Source: a virus
Lineage: Duplodnaviria > Caudoviricetes
Length of the DNA stretch: 64,000 nt
Strand: one strand, 5' to 3'
Virus record (IMG/VR): IMGVR_UViG_3300013901_000008
Location: 1-64,000 of that record
Below are positions 38,129-47,700 of this stretch, one piece after another; within the stretch, counting starts at the first letter, position 1, and each line of letters begins with the position of its first letter. The notes below the pieces were generated by a model. The model had not been told where the DNA came from, did not search any database, and saw nothing but the letters and a program-made list of their open reading frames with translations. A program made the translations under genes and the position numbers.

Positions 38129-40129
38129 TTACACATTCCTTCCATCCGGCAACACAAACCAACCGATATTTCCTCGCCAATACTTGCAGCCAAGGAAGAG
38201 GCTATCGAAGGCATCGGTGAAATCCGTTCTCTGCTGCAATGGCAAGTTATCCTCCGTCTCGGCTTTCTTCTCCTGACTTTTATCCTTACGGAAGCCCTGG
38301 TAGCCGATACTCACCTCGCAAAGTTGGAGGGCGATGATGAGGTCTGGATTTTGCGTTTGATTGATACGGATGGCAGGATATTCGATACCAGCCAAGGCAT
38401 CGTTGATGATGCGATGCTTAATCTCGTGCTTCTCCGGCACACCCATATCTATCGCAACCACGTTCCAACCATTGCGCTCCAACTCTTTTATTACCGCCAT
38501 GTAGAAACGCTCATCGGTCAAGGCGTAACTGGCACCCTGCTTTGCCGTGGCATCGTAGAAATACGTCACGTCTCGGTTGATGGCTCGCTTTGGTGCGTAA
38601 TAATGAGAGAAATCGGAAATCAGCTCCCGAAGTTTTCGCTCATTCTTCACATAAAAACTCTTGATAACATTCACTGCCTGCACGCCGTCTCGCTCATATA
38701 CTTCCCCTACCACGAGCGTATTGATATTGGCATTGTAATCGAGGGCTATGTAGAGAGGCAAGTCCATGATGCAGTCGGCATCCATGCGGCAATCGTTTCT
38801 TTCAGCCAACTCCTGGAAGTCGGGCTGATAACTTTCGGCGGTTACTTTCTTGCCGTCGATGATGCCCGTAGCCTTGGTGGTCTTGAAGTTGGCATTGGAT
38901 AGAGGGTCTATCTCGTCGGGTATGTAACCATGTACGTGCTCGATGTCGAGGTTGGAATAAAAGCCATCGTTCGACTTCTTGATTTTCACGTTCAGAATTG
39001 AAATAGCGAAGGTCGCCGCAGGCAAATCTCTTTTCATTTGGCGGATGTAACTCTCACCCAAAACGTCCACATTATCGAGGGTAGAGGCACGGCGAACCAG
39101 GAAGGCGACACGGCGTAGCTCCCTCAAATATCCATCGTGGAACTTCTTGGAACGGTCGAACATCTGCATCTCAAAGTATTGGTCGGGAGTCATTAGATAC
39201 TCGTAATCGAAGATGCACTCCGCATCCTCGGCAGAGACGAGCTTGTAATTTACCGCCATATCCACCATATTCTTGGTAAGCTTATCACCATGGTTCGGCA
39301 GAATCTTAAACTGTCCCTCATGGCGAATCATCTTGAGAGCCACGGCACGATATATCTGCCTTTGCTCCGGTTGCACCACACGAGGCGTGTGCCCAGTCTT
39401 CTTGGCATTGTAAAATAGGTCGTTGTAAAAGATAATCTTGTCGGCATACTCCTCCAGTTGCTCCTGCACCCATCGGTAAGTCTTGCCTTTGAACATACCC
39501 GTCTCCACCATAAGGTCAAGCTTCTCTTCCTCTCGTTCCAGCCAACTGCCCTTGGTGGTGAGCGAGGCATCGCTGAGGAATCGGGTGGATTTGTAGAGCG
39601 GATTGTAATCGGTGAATGCGATGTTGCCCAAGGGGTGAGTCTGACCGGATAGGGCAGGCATCAATTCATCGGTTACTTTCTTATAAGGGAAGAATCGCGC
39701 CTCGTCGCCTACCATCGCCGAGAAAGTATAAGAGTTGGCGGAAGCAGTCTGCGAGAGGGAAATCAGCACCCATTGTGCGCCATTGGCAAACCAGATGATA
39801 TTGTCGTAGCTCTTCGGCTTGAAGATACTTTCCTTAACGTGTTTGGGTGGTCGCCCCCAGCCGAAGTGAACGCCTTGGGTGAAGCCAAACATTCGCTCCA
39901 TCGCCGACATGGTACCAGGGATGGTCTTGCCGAAACCCTGTTGGCGAGATACGGCTACCCAGGCTCCCAACATACCAGGCATCGAGTTGGATGCCATCCA
40001 AACGTAGGGAGCCACCAATCCGTCGGTCTTACCCAGACGGCGGGCAGCGATAACTCGCTCGTCCTTGGCAGCCATGTAGAGCGACTGCTGCTGGAACTTG
40101 TTGAGATATATTTGATGTGGTTGTAGCAT
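38129..40129 (-). CDS. terminase large subunit
   Basis: AARRLGKT Walker A, MVGDEA Walker B, IALDYN and TDAFD nuclease motifs. Confidence 0.85.
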   Translation of the reverse strand: MLQPHQIYLNKFQQQSLYMAAKDERVIAARRLGKTDGLVAPYVWMASNSMPGMLGAWVAVSRQQGFGKTIPGTMSAMERMFGFTQGVHFGWGRPPKHVKESIFKPKSYDNIIWFANGAQWVLISLSQTASANSYTFSAMVGDEARFFPYKKVTDELMPALSGQTHPLGNIAFTDYNPLYKSTRFLSDASLTTKGSWLEREEEKLDLMVETGMFKGKTYRWVQEQLEEYADKIIFYNDLFYNAKKTGHTPRVVQPEQRQIYRAVALKMIRHEGQFKILPNHGDKLTKNMVDMAVNYKLVSAEDAECIFDYEYLMTPDQYFEMQMFDRSKKFHDGYLRELRRVAFLVRRASTLDNVDVLGESYIRQMKRDLPAATFAISILNVKIKKSNDGFYSNLDIEHVHGYIPDEIDPLSNANFKTTKATGIIDGKKVTAESYQPDFQELAERNDCRMDADCIMDLPLYIALDYNANINTLVVGEVYERDGVQAVNVIKSFYVKNERKLRELISDFSHYYAPKRAINRDVTYFYDATAKQGASYALTDERFYMAVIKELERNGWNVVAIDMGVPEKHEIKHRIINDALAGIEYPAIRINQTQNPDLIIALQLCEVSIGYQGFRKDKSQEKKAETEDNLPLQQRTDFTDAFDSLFLGCKYWRGNIGWFVLPDGRNV

Positions 40130-40188
40130 TTGAGTCTTGCAATGTTAAATGTTAAGTGTTATCCTGAATACAAATCCTTTTGAGAAAG

Positions 40189-40455
40189 CTAATCGAAATC
40201 CCCATTTATCAATTTATGGGCAGCTGTCTCTGCGTCGCTAACGGCGATTTGAGCCGTGTCGATGATGGTTTGAAGAACATCATCCGATACGCCCAAATCC
40301 TTTTGGATATTCTTGAATCGCTTTTCTATGGTAGTTTGTGCAACAGCATTCATATAATTTACGTAAGATTCACTAATCGCCTTACGTGGTTCCTTTACCC
40401 AGTCAAGGAAATCTTTCTTCCAGTCTTTCCAAGTTTTAATCCTAATTACAATCAT
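40189..40455 (-). CDS. hypothetical protein
   Basis: 88 aa in minus-strand operon. Confidence 0.6.
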   Translation of the reverse strand: MIVIRIKTWKDWKKDFLDWVKEPRKAISESYVNYMNAVAQTTIEKRFKNIQKDLGVSDDVLQTIIDTAQIAVSDAETAAHKLINGDFD

Positions 40456-40460
40456 AGTCC

Positions 40461-40784
40461 TTACATATTGAATTGTCGTTTCAGAAACTTATCGCCTTTT
40501 ATGAGGTTGACGATTTCCTCTTCAGTATGTTTGCCTTCCCAGAATAGTTCAGTATGGTCCATGCATCGCTTTTCATCAACAGAAAAAGGTACCCCGTAGT
40601 TAGTGTAAACCACTCCATGATGTGTGATGAGATGGCGACCTGGATTCTTTTGAATGTTATGAATCCACATCTCGTTATCGCATTCATACCATATAGAATA
40701 CTCCTCTGGTGTCAAAGTCTTATCCATACCTATTGGGGCATGACCCGAACCTCCGTTCGTTCCGAAATAAATAATTTTAGCCAT
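40461..40784 (-). CDS. hypothetical protein
   Basis: 107 aa in minus-strand operon. Confidence 0.65.
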   Translation of the reverse strand: MAKIIYFGTNGGSGHAPIGMDKTLTPEEYSIWYECDNEMWIHNIQKNPGRHLITHHGVVYTNYGVPFSVDEKRCMDHTELFWEGKHTEEEIVNLIKGDKFLKRQFNM

Positions 40785-40805
40785 AATCTTAATGTTTTGA
40801 AATCT

Positions 40806-41475
40806 TTAGAATAGGGTAGGCTGCATCATCTCCAATTCGATGCGCTTGCAAGCCTTGTCGTAATACTCCTTGTTTAGTTCAAACCCGATGAAGTTGCGCT
40901 TCTCCTTGATGCAAGCGATGGCAGTAGTGCCGCTGCCCAAAAATGGGTCTAAAACCGTATCGTTTTCATTAGTGCTTGCAAGAATCAGCTTACGAAACAG
41001 TTTAGTGGGCTTTTGTGTGGGGTGTATATTGCTATGTCCGCAAGGATAACGTAACACGGTATTCTTACAATGAAGGTTAAACACCCCCCCCCGTTTTCTT
41101 GCCATATACGCACAGCTCTACACCGCTTAACCAAATTTTATTGCCATTCATCGGCGAAGGGTTTGTCTTTTCCCAAACTATAACCCTCGTGCTAAGCTTA
41201 TACTCTTGCATCACGGAACGAATAGTAGAAAGTTGATTAATACCACAGAACATATAAATGCTACCTTTTGTTTTTCTGCAAAGGGTAGATGTTAATTCTT
41301 TTAGATTAAACAAACCTACATCCGCATATTCTTTATTTAAACTACGCAATCCATTATCTGGGCGATTACATTCGTTATAAGGAATATCCGTAAGTACGAG
41401 CGACACACTTGCATCGGGTATTCGCTTCATGCCCTCCAAGCAATCCTCATTATATACTTTATTCAGTTCTATCAT
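40806..41475 (-). pseudogene. beta-class N4C/N6A DNA methyltransferase, frameshifted OFF at G9 (C9 on + strand, 41084-92); G8 restores the frame
   Basis: 5' half DCLEGM...LTDIPY...IVWEKTNP; 3' half HPTQKP...VLDPFLGSGTT; the junction is exactly at the tract. Confidence 0.88.
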
Positions 41476-41726
41476 CTGTCTTTAAATGTTAATGTATTTT
41501 CGTGCCCGATATGCCATTTCTGGCAAACCTTGCACTGGTACGCCCGATACCCTTGCGCCACAATCTTAGGGTGCAACTGCAAGTATTCGCAGGCATCGTC
41601 CTCCGTCTCATAAGCCACCTTCGCCTTCCACCCATGCGGGCCTTTACGAGTCCAGTGTTCAGGATCGGGACGGAACGGCGGAATCTTATTATGGTAATGG
41701 TTGCTCTTTTTGCTCCTCATCGCCAT
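41472..41726 (-). CDS. small Zn-ribbon protein
   Basis: AYQCKVCQKWHIG. Confidence 0.65.
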   Translation of the reverse strand: MAMRSKKSNHYHNKIPPFRPDPEHWTRKGPHGWKAKVAYETEDDACEYLQLHPKIVAQGYRAYQCKVCQKWHIGHENTLTFKDR

Positions 41727-42477
41727 TACCTCCTTTCTCCTTATCGTCCATCATCTCCTCCATATACTCCATATAGTCCGGCACCTTGCCATCGCCTACG
41801 GAATGAAGGTTCTCTTCCTCGGCTATCTCCTGCATATCCTTTTGCGTAAGACCATACTTGCGAGCCATCTTGCGCTTGTACTCATCGGTATAGTTCACGC
41901 GGTCGTGCTTCACGATGCTCACGTCTTGCGTAATGGCAATGCGGCTCATGTCCGGCATCTCCTCGGTGGCATCCTTCTCCTCCTGGAAGTTACCGTAGAT
42001 ATTCGCCAAGGCATCCATGCCCTTGGAAACAGAGCGGTCGTTGTTCTGCATCTTGCCAGTGCGAATGAGCCATTCGGCGGAAGAGATATACATCTGCTTG
42101 TGTCGGGGACTCTCGTCGGTAGTGAAGAAGCGAATGATATGGTTGCAGACAGCCACATCATTGTTGAGTTCGGTGATGGTGCGAGGCTTAATGTCGCCAT
42201 TCTCGTCGATGTCGATATGCAGAGCCATCACCATCGCCTGTGCCTCCTGGTTGCCCTGTCCTGCTTGGTTCAAGAGCATCTCGTAGTCACGTCGTGCGAT
42301 GTTGCGGCAGGTGGTGCGAGGGTCTATGTCCTTGTTTTGCACCCATCGGGTATAAAACTCCTTGCAGAGCTGCATCCGGTAGCGTTGCTCCAGCTTGGGG
42401 AACATCGTTTCCAGGCTTACCCCATTGGATAGCCACTTGTCGATGCGGGCAAGGGTGTTTTGTGTCAGTTGACTCAT
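41689..42477 (-). CDS. hypothetical protein, candidate terminase small subunit
   Basis: First gene of the terminase operon, helical, 262 aa; positional inference. Confidence 0.45.
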   Translation of the reverse strand: MSQLTQNTLARIDKWLSNGVSLETMFPKLEQRYRMQLCKEFYTRWVQNKDIDPRTTCRNIARRDYEMLLNQAGQGNQEAQAMVMALHIDIDENGDIKPRTITELNNDVAVCNHIIRFFTTDESPRHKQMYISSAEWLIRTGKMQNNDRSVSKGMDALANIYGNFQEEKDATEEMPDMSRIAITQDVSIVKHDRVNYTDEYKRKMARKYGLTQKDMQEIAEEENLHSVGDGKVPDYMEYMEEMMDDKEKGGNGDEEQKEQPLP

Positions 42478-42556
42478 GTTTGTATCATTGTCTTATAGTG
42501 TTTATGTATGTTATGTATCGTTCTCTTTCTCTTCCGAGAAATCTTTACTTCGCCTA

Positions 42557-42593
42557 CAAAATTATAAAATTCCCCATAAACGGTAGGGACAAA
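42557..42593 (-). promoter_or_regulatory. putative late promoter TTTGTCCC-N21-TAATTTTG (terminase operon)
   Basis: Reverse-complement copy with the same spacing. Confidence 0.65.
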
Positions 42594-42603
42594 GCTAAAG
42601 GCC

Positions 42604-42640
42604 TTTGTCCCCACCAATCAGAGCAAAACCATTACCTTTG
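42604..42640 (+). promoter_or_regulatory. putative late promoter TTTGTCCC-N21-TACCTTTG (holin-tail operon)
   Basis: Back-to-back with the minus-strand copy. Confidence 0.65.
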
Positions 42641-42724
42641 CCTTAGATTTTTGGTTTCATCATCGCAAAACGAGAAACCGAGACTCAGGATAACATACAT
42701 TTATTATATAACAAAGAAAAGACA

Positions 42725-43408
42725 ATGCAAACTATCATTCCTTATGTCACAAGGTTCCTGGCAGCCATCATCGGCATCATCTGGTGCTACATCGAACCTT
42801 CCATCAATTACATCGCCGTATGCGCCTTCGCTCTCCTCCTGGATTGCTATACAGCCTGGCGATTGAACCGACGCATCTACAGCCGCTATCGAGAAGCCAT
42901 TAAGAAAGACCCTCGATGTAAGATAGACGGCAAGCTGAAATCGAAGAAGATGGCAAAGATGGTGCAAGATTTCTCGGTGCTCATCATGGCGATATTCCTT
43001 GCCACGCTCGTAGATACCGTGATACTCGACTACATGAATCCTCTTCACCTCGCCAACTATCTCGCCGCCATCTATTGCAGCGTCCAGTTTATCAGTGTTC
43101 TCGAAAACGAGAGTACCTGCAATGGTGCAGCCTGGGCAAAAGTGATGCAGAAGATTGTGGCTGATAAGACGGAACGACATTTCAATGTCAAGATGAAAGA
43201 CTTGATAGAAGAGGAAGAGGAAATCAAAGGCAAAGACCCCTACGGGCATAAAAGCAATTCCGAGATAGAGGAGGACGAAAGAAGCAATGTTTCTTCTGGC
43301 AGGAAATCCCCATCGCCCGACAACGATTCTGCACCATCAGGAGAAGAGTCTGCATCAAATGAAGATGAAGATGATGCAGATAAATCGGAAGATACCAACT
43401 ACCCTTAA
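42725..43408 (+). CDS. phage holin (holin_4 family-like)
   Basis: TM helices, LLDCYTA, SVLEN motif, acidic tail. Confidence 0.7.
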   Translation: MQTIIPYVTRFLAAIIGIIWCYIEPSINYIAVCAFALLLDCYTAWRLNRRIYSRYREAIKKDPRCKIDGKLKSKKMAKMVQDFSVLIMAIFLATLVDTVILDYMNPLHLANYLAAIYCSVQFISVLENESTCNGAAWAKVMQKIVADKTERHFNVKMKDLIEEEEEIKGKDPYGHKSNSEIEEDERSNVSSGRKSPSPDNDSAPSGEESASNEDEDDADKSEDTNYP

Positions 43409-43454
43409 TTTCGGTACGGAATAAGTTAATAATGTGTTAATAATCCATTGAATT

Positions 43455-44081
43455 ATGACAATATCAAACGTTTTGGAGCATTGGGCTGAAATCTACAAGC
43501 CCCTCTCTCACGACCCATTGAGCAAGAAACTGGAAGAGAAGAGCTTCTTCAGAATCCGATATATCGACCTGGAGAATGTTTTCTCTCGTAATGCCAATAT
43601 CATCCACTCGCCATGTATGCTTTACAGTACCATCAATACAGGAGAGTTTCTTGCGGTCAATAAGATGCAAGTCTCCCATCAGATATGGTTCCTTACCAAG
43701 ATTAAGGACACACCACAAACCCTTGGTAGATACGATGGCATACAGATAGAGCAAGCCTCCATCAGTTTGATGGAGTATTGCAAGGATTTGGTGTCGTGGA
43801 TGGTAGAAGTGAAGCGCACAGGTAAGTGCCCTATCACCAATCGCTCCTTCGCCGATGAACCTGCGGTAATGAGCGAATTGCAGAGCATCGACATTAGCTC
43901 TATCTCCTGCGGACTGATAGGCGACATCTATAATGGGCAGTGGCTGGTGGCAGGTGTCGATTGGAAAGCCATCCAACCCCTCTATAAGTTCGGCTGTGGT
44001 GGCAATGATAAGTACATCGTTCCCAAGAATGATGATGCAGACGGCGACACCGAAGGCGATGCAAACGAGAAAGACGAATAA
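43455..44081 (+). CDS. putative tail completion/terminator protein
   Basis: 208 aa upstream of tape measure; positional inference. Confidence 0.4.
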   Translation: MTISNVLEHWAEIYKPLSHDPLSKKLEEKSFFRIRYIDLENVFSRNANIIHSPCMLYSTINTGEFLAVNKMQVSHQIWFLTKIKDTPQTLGRYDGIQIEQASISLMEYCKDLVSWMVEVKRTGKCPITNRSFADEPAVMSELQSIDISSISCGLIGDIYNGQWLVAGVDWKAIQPLYKFGCGGNDKYIVPKNDDADGDTEGDANEKDE

Positions 44082-44189
44082 AGAAAATCATAGTTGTATC
44101 AAAACCATATTGCCCTATTCCTATCCCATTATCCCTACATAGCGGATAGTGGAGAGGGTAGGGCAAAGGTTTTCTAAAACAAAAACGAT

Positions 44190-44720
44190 ATGGGTGAACC
44201 GATAAAAAATCCGATGTTCCCTTTTAGCAGGGTAGCACGGCGATACTTCCAGCAAACCATCAATCAGTTGGAGGTGAATACCATGACCCAGTGCATATTC
44301 CCCAAGGAAGTGTATAATGGTTATGCCATCGTCAACCAGAAGCGCAAGGAAATGAAAAACGCCTGGTATTCTACTGGCGAGGGTGTGAAATCCTTTGCGG
44401 GCAAGATTATCGAGGCTGGCGATTATGGCAAGGTAACGATGGCGTTTGAGTTTAACGACTATATGCGCTTCGTGGATATGGGTGTGGGTCAAGGTACTAA
44501 GTACGAGGACGTGCAGAATGGCAAGAAAGCCCGATACCAAACTCGATATATTTCCAAGTGGAACAGAAAGGCGGGTAGTTCCCAGCGTCCTGCCATCATG
44601 ATGGAGCTTCGCCACTTACAACAGCGCATAGCCAACTATCTCGTAGATTTCTACGGATATGAGGGAGGCGTGAAACTCCTGAATACTTTTGCGGATGCAA
44701 GCCCTATCCAGTTATTCTGA
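44190..44720 (+). CDS. putative neck/tail completion protein
   Basis: STGE...S and YMRFVDMGVG motifs seen in virion morphogenesis proteins; next to tape measure. Confidence 0.5.
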   Translation: MGEPIKNPMFPFSRVARRYFQQTINQLEVNTMTQCIFPKEVYNGYAIVNQKRKEMKNAWYSTGEGVKSFAGKIIEAGDYGKVTMAFEFNDYMRFVDMGVGQGTKYEDVQNGKKARYQTRYISKWNRKAGSSQRPAIMMELRHLQQRIANYLVDFYGYEGGVKLLNTFADASPIQLF

Positions 44721-44780
44721 TTTCCCCATTATATATTTCTCATTATATATATTGTATCATATTTAATCTAAACATAAAAT

Positions 44781-47700
44781 ATGGCAACAGCAAAGAAAAC
44801 TCAGATAGTCATAACCGCCAACGCCGCCGTAGCCAAGAAGGTGATGGATGAGCTTCAGCAGCGCATCGACGGAATTAAGCAGAAGATGCAATCGCTCGAT
44901 ATGACTCTCGATAAGGATAAGAAGGAATTTAAGAGGCTGAATAAAGAATTGGTTTCTTACAATTCTGCAGTGGCGCAAAATATCACAAATACCGAGCGAA
45001 TAAAGAAAGCTATCAACAATCTTTCAGGTACATCGCTCAAAGAACTGCGACGTGCCTTGGTAGCCGCGAAGAGCGAACTTGGCAAGATGTCTGAAAACAG
45101 CGCAGGCCTTGGTAGGGCACGCCAAAACGTTAAGACCCTGCAAGACCAGATAGACAAGCTTACAGGTACTGTTAGAAAGAATGGCAGCGCATGGCAAACG
45201 GCGATGAAGAACCTCGTGGCATATGTGGGTCTTTTCGGTGCTTTTAATATGCTCAAGCAGAAGCTTACGGATATTATCAATCTGAATCTGAAGTATTCCG
45301 ACTCCCTCGCCAACATCCGAAAGGTTACTAACTGGTCTATGGATTCTGTGGAGCAACTTTCTAATAGATTATCAAAACTCGATACCCGAACCAGTCTTGA
45401 AGGTCTCACACAGCTTGCCTATGTAGGCTCTCGTATGGGTATGGGTAAATATGGAGTTGAAGGCTTGGCGGAATTTGCAAAAGCCAGTGACCGTGTAAAT
45501 GTAGCCCTTAAAGAAGATCTCGGCGATGATGCCATGCTCATTCTCTCTAAGTTCGTAGAGACCATGGGCGAGGTAGAGAAGCACGGAGGCAATGTGAGCG
45601 ATGCGTTCGATGCAGTATCAAGTTCTATCTTTAAGTTGGCATCTACATCTACTGCCAATGGCGGTAATATCCTGGAGTTTGCCAAACGATTGACCGGTCT
45701 TTCTAAATCGGCGCATATCACGAGCGACCAGCTTCTCGGTCTTGCCTCTGCCAGCGACTCCCTTATGCTTATGCCGGAAGTTGCATCTACAGCCTTTGGT
45801 AAGTTGATAACAAGTCTGTGGACCAACTACCACGAGATAGAGAAGATGCTGGGCATGCAGGAAGATTCCCTGAAAGGTATGATGGAGAAGGGACAGACGA
45901 TGCAAGCCTTGGTTAAGGTTCTCGAAAACGTAAGCGACAAAAACCTTAGCTCCATGGACGAATACTTCAAAGAGTTTGGTTCTGATGGTCAGCGATTGAA
46001 GAGCGTGGTTGTTACTATGGCGCAAAACGTCGATGTGCTTAAAAGTCATTTGCAAGAGTCGAGTGAGGCATATCGCGACGGTACCGCAACCGCAAAAGAG
46101 TATGCCATCCAGCAGCAGACGGCACAAGCTATCATCGAGCGAGCCAATAACATGTGGGAGAAAGCTTTCGTGAATCCCGCTGGTATCGATTCTGTAAAAG
46201 AGATGGCAAAGGTGTGGTACAACTTTTCCAAAGAGCTTACGCAATCCAAGCCTTTCCTCGCCTCCGTGCAGTTGCTTTTTTGGGAGTTGAAGAAATCTGT
46301 AGAAGCTGTGCTATTGGTTCTTCCTGGTATGTTGGCGTATCTTGGAACTCGTGGCTTGGTAATGGCTTTCTCGAAGCTCATACCACTTATTACTGGTCTG
46401 AAAGCTACGGGCATTGCAACGTTTTTCTCTTTACTTACTGCATCTATAAAGGGTAGCCATATAGCAACACTTCGTCTTATTGTATCGTGGAAGCAACTTA
46501 GCCTTGCGATGAAGACTAACGTCATCGGTCTTGCTCTGTCCGTGGTTACGTCTCTCGGCTTCGCTCTTTACGATTTATTTAAAAATACCGAGAAAGCTGC
46601 ATCCTCGATGCAGAAATTCGATAAATCGTTCAAAGGCGTGCAATCTGCCGCAAACAGTGCAGTAGCTGAACTTGATGCCTATTATAATGCCATAAAGCGA
46701 GCTAAGAAGGGTTCTCACGAATATCAGGCTGCCATGCAAACATACACCGAGAAGTTCGGCGTATATTTCAAGGGGTTAAAGAAAGAGAACGGAATAGTTC
46801 AAGACCTTGCAGCGTCCTATCGAGCCGCCGCTAAAGCGATCCGTGCTAAGATTTTCTTGCAAATGCAGGAGGATGATATAAACAAACAGTATAAGCCTCG
46901 TGTAGCTTGGAGTCTTGACAAACTTGATGCTTACGGCAAGATTGCCCCTAAGGGTTTTGGTGCAGACGTATTAAAAGGCTACGAAGAAGATAGTAGAGGC
47001 AAGAATATGGGCACTATTATCACGGAACTCGCAAAGCGTTTTGGTTCTAAGAATGTGGCAAGGGTATTGGCTTCGGAAAAAGAAGGCAGAAATTCTGCAC
47101 AGGTTAAGAAGTACTACAAAGATACGCTTGGCGATGGTACCGTGCATCAGTATGTAAAGTACGAAGATTTACCTACAGCCGACCAGCAGTTGTTTAGAGC
47201 GATCCGCTATATCCGTCAATCACGTTCCGCTAATAATACTCTTAGCGGGGTTAAAGACAAGTATTCGGGTGTGCAGAAGGACATAGATGAATACTTGCAG
47301 TCTATAAATGGCACTAACGAAGTCCTTGGTGCGAGTGGTGGTGATATTGGCAGCGGCAAGGGTGGCGGCAAGGGCGGTCACACCGACAAGGGTGGTAACA
47401 CCGATAACAAAGAAAAGAAGCTCGCCGAGACTCGTGCCAATGCTCTCATTGCCAATATCAAGGCATTCTATGAGGAGCAGAAACGCAAGTACTTGGAGTG
47501 GGTAACAAAGATGAATGCCGATGGCGAGAAGATTAGCGAGGGTCAGCAAAAACAAATGATTGATTACCTCGATACTCGTGTGCAGACAGTTCTCGGTACT
47601 GCTAAGAAGTCTATCGCTACCCTCGATGATGGCTGGAGTAGAATCAAACAGACTATCGACGAAGATGTAATGGTCTTCGATGATGAAACCTCCAAAGAAC

